Below are positions 1 to 6,594 of a DNA stretch of 13,175 nt, one piece after another (within the stretch, counting starts at the first letter, position 1; each line of letters starts with the position of its first letter). The stretch covers positions 1 through 13,175 of the forward strand of contig JANMKN010000346.1 of NCBI GenBank assembly GCA_031372065.1. The letters are read 5' to 3'. The notes below the pieces were generated by a model. The model saw only the letters and a program-made list of their open reading frames with translations. It searched no databases and had not been told where the DNA came from. The translations under genes and the position numbers were made by a program. This DNA comes from Abditibacteriaceae bacterium (lineage in GTDB: Bacteria > Armatimonadota > Abditibacteriia > Abditibacteriales > Abditibacteriaceae).

Positions 1-1129
1 CTCGTTCGGGAGGTTCAACAGGCCAAGTTTGTGCGTTGGAGTCAGAGTTTTTAGACGCATTTTTGCGGGGCGGGCGCAGTAACATCCAAAAACGTTTGGT
101 ATCCAAAGCCGCAGCATTTGCGGCCACGACGAGTAGGCAAATATGAGCCATTTGGGCGATTTGGCGCCGCGCTAAAACATACGAAACAATGGCGAACAAC
201 AGCCAAAACAAATGCGCCACTCGCTTATGTGGGCTATTTATCCAAGCATTAATGGAAAGCAGAGCCATTAAACATGGAATCAGAATCGCATCAGGCGACA
301 TAGCCGGATATTTAAAGATATTTTGCCATTCGTTGATGTAAGTAAATTTTTTGCTGCGCACTTCACTTAGCGAGGCCCAATAATGCACGCCATATGGATT
401 GATGTTAATCGCCAAAGCGCAAAGCAATAAAATTCCGCAGAGTAACAGCGTGGGGCGCAGCGAACGTTTTTCTTTCCAATCTTGAATGCCCTCGCCCGCA
501 ATTGTCAAACCAATAAAAACCAGTCCTGTCGCCACGCCGCCATGAAAATTTGCCCAAATCACGAACAGTAAAATCACGCCTGAAATACGCAGTAATAAAC
601 GATCTGGTAAACCGTTTGGAGAAGCCTCCGATATATCGCGTCGCTCTGTCCAAACTAATAAAAACGTCATTAAAATCAGCAAAAACAGGCTGCTGAATAA
701 TTCAGGACGTGGGTGGATGCGCGGCGAAAAACACCACAACATAATGACAAACAAAAACGGCGTCAGCACTGTTATGCGCGAACGCCGCGCCCATGCCAGC
801 CATAGCCAAATCAAAATAGTGAGCGCTACGAAAAAAGTAATAAACAACGCGCGCATAGCGCCCGTTTGGAGATCAACGCCATCAAGACATTTGAAGAAAA
901 GCAGTTGACTGAGCCACGAATGGTAAATCCACGGCACCGGCGTGCCCGGCCCCCAAAGAAACAAAGTTTCGTGAGGCACACGCCCATTTTGCACTATCCA
1001 GCGCCCGATAGCGGCGTGTGCCCAGAAATCATCTATGCCACGCAACAATTGCCACGAAAACGCAAAGCACAACACCATCAAAATCGGCAAATATAATTTG
1101 GTGATAAACGCAATTAAGCGTGAGTCCAT
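1..1129 (-). CDS. Multi-pass membrane protein, putative GT-C-fold glycosyltransferase; 3' end truncated by window edge; paralog of 1140-2879
   Basis: Not in ORF track. Manual translation from ATG at 1129 is open for 376 codons to the edge: MDSRLIAFITKLYLPILMVLCFAFSWQLLRGIDDFWAHAAIGRWIVQNGRVPHETLF...WIYHSWLSQ...RPELFS...IWANFHGG...INPYG...INEWQ. It has many hydrophobic segments and the same motif order as the upstream gene, and starts 10 nt after that gene's stop. The glycosyltransferase function is inferred. Confidence 0.85.
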   Translation of the reverse strand, partial: MDSRLIAFITKLYLPILMVLCFAFSWQLLRGIDDFWAHAAIGRWIVQNGRVPHETLFLWGPGTPVPWIYHSWLSQLLFFKCLDGVDLQTGAMRALFITFFVALTILIWLWLAWARRSRITVLTPFLFVIMLWCFSPRIHPRPELFSSLFLLILMTFLLVWTERRDISEASPNGLPDRLLLRISGVILLFVIWANFHGGVATGLVFIGLTIAGEGIQDWKEKRSLRPTLLLCGILLLCALAININPYGVHYWASLSEVRSKKFTYINEWQNIFKYPAMSPDAILIPCLMALLSINAWINSPHKRVAHLFWLLFAIVSYVLARRQIAQMAHICLLVVAANAAALDTKRFWMLLRPPRKNASKNSDSNAQTWPVEPPER

Positions 1130-1139
1130 GCGCTGAAAT

Positions 1140-2879
1140 TTAAGACTGCTCATGGCGAAACAAAAGGGCTGGGCCGCTTTTGAATGAATATTTTTTCCAA
1201 CCGGGCGTGCGCGAAAGTTCATCCACTAACGGCTTTTGCAATTCGGGATTAAGCAACGCATCAGTATAGCCTTCGCGTGTGAGAACCTCTCCAGCATTAT
1301 GCGGTTTGGTTTGAAATTTCAAATAATCGTCCCAATATTTGTCAGGATACAATTCGATGCGCGGATCGGCGCTCGGCAAAGTTTCCGGATACAAGGCCCA
1401 CATTAAATAAGAGCCAAATACCATTTCGTTATACAATCGCCCGCGCGGCGGACTTTTTCGCAGAAACTCGGCAGCTTCAACCGGCGTTGTTTTTTCCAGC
1501 ATGAGCGGCGGGTCGCCCGAAAAGCCAACCGGAAAATTGCCTTTTGGATTAGGTGCAAAACGCGCTTGATAGGCCGGTGGCAGTGGCAATTGCGGTTTCA
1601 TCCACGGTAAAACCGGCACAATTAGCAACAACAGCATAACCGCCATCACTGCGTTTACAATATAAATCGCGCGTGTTGATTCTGGTGTGGTTTTTTGCGC
1701 TGTTATCTTTAATTTTGCCGCGCCCATAGCCGCCTGCAACGCGCCGCTGAACGCAGGCGCAAATAACAGGGCGAACCAGACAATCGCACGCACATTGCGC
1801 AAACCCATCGAGAAAAGCGCCAAAAGCGCCAAAATTTCTCCAGCGCGCACGCCACAAGGTGAACAATGCCATTTATCAGCGCGCGGCGCGCTTTTGAAGA
1901 TCAAAAACACCAGAAAAAGCGGCGCGAGGAAAAACACATCGCTGTTCCATTGATCGAACCTCGGATGCTGCCATTCCTGAATAAACTTTTGCGAGGTGTA
2001 ATTACTCGCCAGACCAAAAGCGTAATTGTAAATACCTGCGCCGCGAGGATTAAGCATTACGGCACAAGAACAAAGAGCAGCCAGCAGCAAAAGTTGCCGC
2101 GTTTTTGGCATTGGCGCGCCGAAAATCGAAACCGACCGCTTATTTTGCAGAATTTCGCCTATAAAAACCATCCATAGCACAATAAGCGCAGTCATAAAAG
2201 CGCCGTGCAAGTTCGACCATAAGGCCAGCATGACGCCCAAAGTTCCTATGAAAAACGGGCGCATCTTCTCGTTGAACGGCCATTCGTAAATAATAAAAGT
2301 GAACGCCCCAAACAACGGAAACGAAAACGTTTGAGGTCGCACATCCATATTTAGCGCCGACATCAAAAACGTCAGTAAGGCGCTCAACGCGGCTATGCGC
2401 GCGGCGTCATTTTCCACTTCTAACAACTGCGCGGGACTTTCCTGCCCGCTTAATTGAGCCTGCGCCACACGGCGCGCGCGACGAAACGCAGCCCACACCA
2501 CCAAAACATAAGCTGCGCCCATACTCGCGCTGCGAAAAATCGCGATCCACGCCAGCCCACCGCGTTCTAAAACCTTGTAAAACGCCCAATGCGCAATCCA
2601 ACCTTGATTAAAATAGGATTTACTGGGCGGCACACTGATGCCGTTCCACCATCCATTGGAGAATAAATTCGTGGTCGGAATGTGGCCTGTAGTTGCTGTA
2701 ATTGAGCCAGCCCGCGCATGATACCAAAAATCGTTGGGAGAAATGGGCAAGCACAGCGAATAAATCACTACGCAGAGCGGCATAAACATCAACCAAAGCA
2801 AGCTGATGCGTCCCCACCACGGAGCGGTGAGAGTGCTAAATGAATTGCGTGAGGAGTCGTCCAGCGACGAAGAACGCAT
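1140..2879 (-). CDS. Multi-pass membrane protein, putative GT-C-fold glycosyltransferase (579 aa)
   Basis: Long ORF with many TM-like segments, an acidic first-loop motif NDFWYH..AG..G.IP, then RPQTFS, LWSNLHGAF, LNPRG, IQEWQ and a soluble C-terminal domain (GRLYNEMVFGSYLMW..DPRIELYP). The GT-C assignment is inferred from topology and the first-loop Asp. Confidence 0.85.
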   Translation of the reverse strand: MRSSSLDDSSRNSFSTLTAPWWGRISLLWLMFMPLCVVIYSLCLPISPNDFWYHARAGSITATTGHIPTTNLFSNGWWNGISVPPSKSYFNQGWIAHWAFYKVLERGGLAWIAIFRSASMGAAYVLVVWAAFRRARRVAQAQLSGQESPAQLLEVENDAARIAALSALLTFLMSALNMDVRPQTFSFPLFGAFTFIIYEWPFNEKMRPFFIGTLGVMLALWSNLHGAFMTALIVLWMVFIGEILQNKRSVSIFGAPMPKTRQLLLLAALCSCAVMLNPRGAGIYNYAFGLASNYTSQKFIQEWQHPRFDQWNSDVFFLAPLFLVFLIFKSAPRADKWHCSPCGVRAGEILALLALFSMGLRNVRAIVWFALLFAPAFSGALQAAMGAAKLKITAQKTTPESTRAIYIVNAVMAVMLLLLIVPVLPWMKPQLPLPPAYQARFAPNPKGNFPVGFSGDPPLMLEKTTPVEAAEFLRKSPPRGRLYNEMVFGSYLMWALYPETLPSADPRIELYPDKYWDDYLKFQTKPHNAGEVLTREGYTDALLNPELQKPLVDELSRTPGWKKYSFKSGPALLFRHEQS

Positions 2880-2890
2880 AAGGAAGACGA

Positions 2891-2919
2891 AGTTTAAGCA
2901 TTAGTGGCTTACCCGACAA
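2891..2919 (-). promoter_or_regulatory. Putative sigma-70 promoter for the GT-C-like gene pair
   Basis: Minus strand TTGTCG (2919-2914), 17-nt spacer, TAAACT (2896-2891), ending 11 nt before ATG 2879. No Shine-Dalgarno sequence is present. Confidence 0.55.
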
Positions 2920-2953
2920 AAAACAAGAAAGCCCGCTGTGGCAGCGGGCTTTC
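2918..2953 (-). terminator. Intrinsic terminator after flp
   Basis: Perfect 12-bp stem GAAAGCCCGCTG-CCA-CAGCGGGCTTTC (2953-2927) followed on the minus strand by TTGTTTTTT. Confidence 0.85.
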
Positions 2954-2989
2954 AAGACGACGTTTGTCCAACGCTTGTCTGAACAAGTA

Positions 2990-3148
2990 TTAGTTGTTCA
3001 ACTGGTTGGAAGCGGCACTAAAGGTGTTGGAGATGCGCTTGCCCATCAGGGTCAACACTGCGATCACTACAAGAGCGATCAATGAAATGAGCAGACCGTA
3101 TTCCACCAGCGTCTGTCCTTCTTCTTCTGCAAAAAACCGTTTAATCAT
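2990..3148 (-). CDS. flp: Flp family type IVb pilin (52 aa)
   Basis: Not in ORF track. MIKRFFAEEEG|QTLVEYGLLISLIALVVIAVLTLMGKRISNTFSAASNQLNN*. Short leader ending in G, E at +5 and Y at +6 (Flp motif), hydrophobic helix, and strong RBS AAGGAGG at 3163-3157. Confidence 0.95.
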   Translation of the reverse strand: MIKRFFAEEEGQTLVEYGLLISLIALVVIAVLTLMGKRISNTFSAASNQLNN

Positions 3149-3250
3149 TGTCTTTTCCTCCTTGGGAAAATTGCGCCAGAGATTTTCCTTTCGGATATCA
3201 ACCTTTGTTTTGGAACTCGGTTGACTGGGCGGCGCGTCGCGGTCACCAGT

Positions 3251-3266
3251 TGCAATCGTTTTGCCA
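3251..3266 (-). promoter_or_regulatory. Sigma-54 (-24/-12) promoter of flp
   Basis: Minus strand TGGCAAAACGATTGCA fits TGGCA-N6-TTGCW with exact GG-N10-GC spacing. The predicted start site is near 3240. Confidence 0.75.
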
Positions 3267-3321
3267 CTAAACGATTATTTCCGGCACCGACGATTTTATT
3301 TTCCCTGATTCCTTGCCGAAT

Positions 3322-3330
3322 TGCTATAAC
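3322..3330 (+). promoter_or_regulatory. Putative extended -10 element for rimO
   Basis: TGcTATAAC ends 8 nt before ATG 3339. No SD and no clear -35. Confidence 0.45.
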
Positions 3331-3338
3331 TTTAAGAG

Positions 3339-4766
3339 ATGCAAAATTCTGTAGACCAATCTGTTGAGAAACCTGTTGAAAAATCTGTCGGCCTGATTTC
3401 TTTGGGATGTTCCAAAAATCTGGTGGACAGCGAAGTGATGCTGGGCCTTTTGCAAGGCGCGGGTTATCGGATTACGGCGGATGCCGATGACGCCGACGCC
3501 CTGATTGTAAATACCTGTGGATTTTTAGGAGCCGCTGTTGAAGAAAGCCTCGAAACCTTAAGCGAAATGACGGCGCGCAAGCGTGATGGCAAATGTCAAG
3601 TTGTTGTCGCCACCGGATGCTTGCCGCAACGCGATGCGCAATTGATTAAAATGCGCGTGCCGGGCGTTGATGCCATTTTGGGCACCACCGATTTCCCTCA
3701 AATCGTCGCCACTTTGAATGAAGCATTTAACGACAAACCTCAACTCCGAACCCTGCCCAAAGGGCACCCGAATTCAAACCTCATAACTTTGAATGTCACG
3801 CCAACGCCACGCCACACTTTCGTTTATGACCATTCGACGCCGCGCTTGCGAGCCACGCCGCCTTGGACGGCTTATGTAAAAATCGCCGAAGGCTGCGATC
3901 ACACTTGCTCGTTTTGCATTATTCCCTCACTGCGTGGGCCGTTTCGCTCGCGCCCGATGGAATCTATTGTCGCCGAAGCCACGCGACTGGCCGAAAATGG
4001 CGTGCGCGAAATTGTGCTTGTGGCGCAGGATTCGACGCGTTACGGCCTTGATTTATACAAAAAATGGGCGCTGGGGCCGCTTTTGCAAGAACTGTCGAAA
4101 ATTGAAAAATTGGACTGGATTCGCGTTTTGTATGCGTATCCTTCGCAAGTGGACGACGCCTTTATCGAAGCGCTTTGCACGGCGCCGCGCGTGGCGCGCT
4201 ATCTTGATATTCCGTTACAGCACGCCAGCCGTGAAGTTTTAGCACGAATGCGGCGCGGCGGTCATGCCGAAAGTTATGGGCGTTTATTAGATCGTTTTCG
4301 CACTTTGTGCCCTGAAATCACGATTCGCACCAGTTTTATCGTGGGTTTTCCCGGCGAAACTGACGCGCAATTCAGCGAACTTTGCGATTTCGTCAAATCG
4401 CAGCAATTTGATCGCATCGGTGTGTTTAAATATTCCGACGAAGACACGGCACTTTCACGCGGTTTGGACGCGAAAGTGGCGCCCGAAGTCATCGAAGAAC
4501 GCTATCACACGCTGCAAACCTTGCAGCAAAAAATTTCCTTGCGCAAAAATCGGGGTTTTATCGGCAAAACGTTGGATGTCTTGTTGGAAAGCGAAGAACC
4601 CGGCGGCATTGTAGGGCGCAGCCAGCGCGATGCGCCGGGAATTGATGGCAATGTCTTGGTCAAACTCACGCCGCGCCAACGCCGCGAATGGCCTTTAGGT
4701 TCGCTGGTAAAAGTGAAAATTAGCAGCGCGTCGGAATACGATTTAAGCGGTAAATTCGCGGGGTAA
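3339..4766 (+). CDS. rimO: Ribosomal protein S12 methylthiotransferase RimO
   Basis: UPF0004 motifs SLGCSKNLVDSE, NTCGF and ATGCLPQR; radical SAM motif YVKIAEGCDHTCSFCIIP; YLDIPLQH; C-terminal TRAM-like GRSQRDAPGIDG. Confidence 0.95.
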   Translation: MQNSVDQSVEKPVEKSVGLISLGCSKNLVDSEVMLGLLQGAGYRITADADDADALIVNTCGFLGAAVEESLETLSEMTARKRDGKCQVVVATGCLPQRDAQLIKMRVPGVDAILGTTDFPQIVATLNEAFNDKPQLRTLPKGHPNSNLITLNVTPTPRHTFVYDHSTPRLRATPPWTAYVKIAEGCDHTCSFCIIPSLRGPFRSRPMESIVAEATRLAENGVREIVLVAQDSTRYGLDLYKKWALGPLLQELSKIEKLDWIRVLYAYPSQVDDAFIEALCTAPRVARYLDIPLQHASREVLARMRRGGHAESYGRLLDRFRTLCPEITIRTSFIVGFPGETDAQFSELCDFVKSQQFDRIGVFKYSDEDTALSRGLDAKVAPEVIEERYHTLQTLQQKISLRKNRGFIGKTLDVLLESEEPGGIVGRSQRDAPGIDGNVLVKLTPRQRREWPLGSLVKVKISSASEYDLSGKFAG

Positions 4767-4787
4767 CTTCATCCAAAAACAAGCGGA

Positions 4788-6284
4788 ATGACTTACTTTT
4801 ATGAAATCGCAGTCATTGTTTTGGCGCTGCTTTGCGTGGCGCTGTGGAGTTTGTGGCGGCGTTCTTTGCAATCCAACGGCGGGCGCGATCAATTGTGGCG
4901 CAACGCGCTGACGGCTTTGGCGGCGCGCGATTATGAAAGCGCGGGCGCTTTTGCCGCAATGATCGAAGATGAAAAAGACGGCGAAACCGTGCGCGGCGAT
5001 GGGCGCGCCTTGTTTGTCACGCTGCGCCGTGTGATGCGCACCATTGAATCGCTGGAATTCGCCGAACGCGAGCAGCAACGCGCACGTCGCGATTTTGAAG
5101 ATGTGCTGGCCTCGCTGCAAGACGGCGTTTTGGTCGTGGATGGCGAAGCGCGTCTGCGCTATTTGAATTTGGCGGCACTGACGTTTTTCGGCGTGCGCGT
5201 CGAAGACGTTTTAGGCGCGCAGGTTTTGGAAGCGCTGCCTTCGTTTGGCTTGGAAGCCGCCGTGCAACAGGCTTTGCGCGAAGGCAAACCCAACGCGTGC
5301 GAGGTGCAACTCTTCTCGCCGCGCCAACGCGAAATTTTTCTGCGTGTGGCGCCCGTTAGACAAAGCGATGGCACTGTCACTGGCGTCGTCGCGATTATGC
5401 AAGACCTGACCGAAATGCGACGCCTCGAACGCGTGCGACGCGATTTTGTAGCCAACGCTTCGCATGAATTGCGCACGCCGATTGCGACCATTCGCGCCAC
5501 TGCGGAAACGGTGCTTGATTCTCTGGACGATCCCGAATTGATTCAGCGTTTCGTGCCGCATATGGTGTCCGAAGCCGAACGATTATCGCGTCTGGTCAGC
5601 GATTTATTAGATTTAGCGCGCGCTGAATCGCGCGGCGATTCGTTGGAGGGCATGGCAAAAGCGCCCGTTAATCTCAGTGAATTGGCACGCGAAGTCATTG
5701 GTCATTTGCAAGACAAAGCCGACAAAAACGACATCTCCATTCACTGCGATTTCCAAGATGAAGTTTGTATCCAAGGCGATGCCGCTGCGTTGGAGCAGGT
5801 AGTTTTCAATTTGTTGGATAATGCTCTCATTTACACGCCGCAAGGCGGCAGGGTCACGTTGGAAGTCAATTATCCGAATTATGCTTTGACGAATGGCGCT
5901 TCGCCAACAGCTTTGCAAAATTCGCTGTTTGGCGAAAAAGCTAATGTCGCGCATAAAGCCCCGCATAACCGCTCTAATAACGGCGCTTCTAACGGACATT
6001 TGCAAAACGGTCACGACACGCAGCCGCACACGTCGTCGCGCTTTGCTATGTTAGCGGTGCAAGATACAGGCATTGGCATTCCCGACGACGATTTGACGCG
6101 CATCTTCGAGCGCTTTTATCGTGTGGATAAAGCGCGTTCACGGGCACAAGGCGGCACAGGTCTGGGTTTGGCGATTGTCAAACACATCGTCGAAAACCAT
6201 GAGGGCTACGTCGAAGTGGAAAGCGAAGTCGGTCAAGGCACGACTTTTCGCGTTATGTTGCCCGCCGAATTGCATAATAATTGA
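4788..6284 (+). CDS. PAS-domain sensor histidine kinase, PhoR/WalK-like
   Basis: One N-terminal TM, PAS (LQDGVLVVDGEARLRYLN), H-box RRDFVANASHELRTP, N-box NLLDNALIYT, G1 DTGIGI, F-box IFERFYRVDKARSR, G2 GTGLGLAIVKH. Starts 21 nt after the rimO stop. Confidence 0.92.
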   Translation: MTYFYEIAVIVLALLCVALWSLWRRSLQSNGGRDQLWRNALTALAARDYESAGAFAAMIEDEKDGETVRGDGRALFVTLRRVMRTIESLEFAEREQQRARRDFEDVLASLQDGVLVVDGEARLRYLNLAALTFFGVRVEDVLGAQVLEALPSFGLEAAVQQALREGKPNACEVQLFSPRQREIFLRVAPVRQSDGTVTGVVAIMQDLTEMRRLERVRRDFVANASHELRTPIATIRATAETVLDSLDDPELIQRFVPHMVSEAERLSRLVSDLLDLARAESRGDSLEGMAKAPVNLSELAREVIGHLQDKADKNDISIHCDFQDEVCIQGDAAALEQVVFNLLDNALIYTPQGGRVTLEVNYPNYALTNGASPTALQNSLFGEKANVAHKAPHNRSNNGASNGHLQNGHDTQPHTSSRFAMLAVQDTGIGIPDDDLTRIFERFYRVDKARSRAQGGTGLGLAIVKHIVENHEGYVEVESEVGQGTTFRVMLPAELHNN

Positions 6285-6422
6285 TTTAATCGGTCTATAT
6301 AGTTGCTTTAAGGCGTGTAAATCGCTAAGATTTTACGCGGCGCCCCAACTTTTGAATGAGCAACGTTGCGATTGATGAAATTTGTTGGTGCGTTGTCACA
6401 CTCCAATAAAAACGAGACTGAT

Positions 6423-6451
6423 TTGTCGAACGCGAATTTCGCATTTAGATT
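6423..6451 (+). promoter_or_regulatory. Putative sigma-70 promoter
   Basis: TTGTCG (6423-6428), 17-nt spacer, TAGATT (6446-6451). The spacer contains the inverted repeat GCGAA-T-TTCGC (6432-6442). Confidence 0.55.
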
Positions 6452-6457
6452 CTTTTT

Positions 6458-6553
6458 CCCAGCGCCCCTGACGGCTTTACACTTTGTCCCCCAATGGGCC
6501 GCCTTGTGCGGAACGTCACCCGGAACGCTGCGCCCCGGCGTCCGGGTTTTGTT
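6458..6553 (+). ncRNA. Candidate structured leader/attenuator or small RNA
   Basis: GC-rich island lying exactly between the promoter and a terminator. Nested stems CAGCG/CGCTG (6460-6464/6526-6530), TGACG/CGTCA (6469-6473/6514-6518) and CCGC/GCGG (6499-6502/6508-6511). No family recognised. Confidence 0.45.
6519..6553 (+). terminator. Intrinsic terminator upstream of the 655-aa gene
   Basis: CCCGGA-a-CGCTG / loop CGCCC / CGGCG-TCCGGG followed by TTTTGTT. Confidence 0.65.
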
Positions 6554-6594
6554 GTCTGTGAGAAAGGCAATTGCGAAGTCCGCTATTTTAAAAC

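Noticed and set aside
405..1096. ORF-track entries 405-653, 717-908 and 866-1096
   Set aside because: Off-frame or antisense shadows of the real minus-strand CDS <1-1129.
1..2879. Apparently more AT-rich sequence suggesting a horizontally acquired island
   Set aside because: GC content was not computed. Hydrophobic T-rich codons of membrane proteins could explain it, and no integrase, tRNA or flanking direct repeats are visible.
3170..3215. c-di-GMP-I riboswitch upstream of flp (GAAA tetraloop, GCGCAA)
   Set aside because: Lacks GGCAAAC before the GNRA stem, the GACGCAAAGC junction and the receptor hairpin.
2994..3224. 76-aa plus-strand ORF
   Set aside because: Antisense shadow of flp, which has the family motif, RBS, promoter and terminator.
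6295..6410. Imperfect hairpin 6313-6338, palindrome GCAACGTTGC (6360-6369) and a single TGTCAC pho-box-like half site
   Set aside because: The hairpin has no U-tract, short palindromes can arise by chance, and a pho box needs two 11-nt-spaced repeats.
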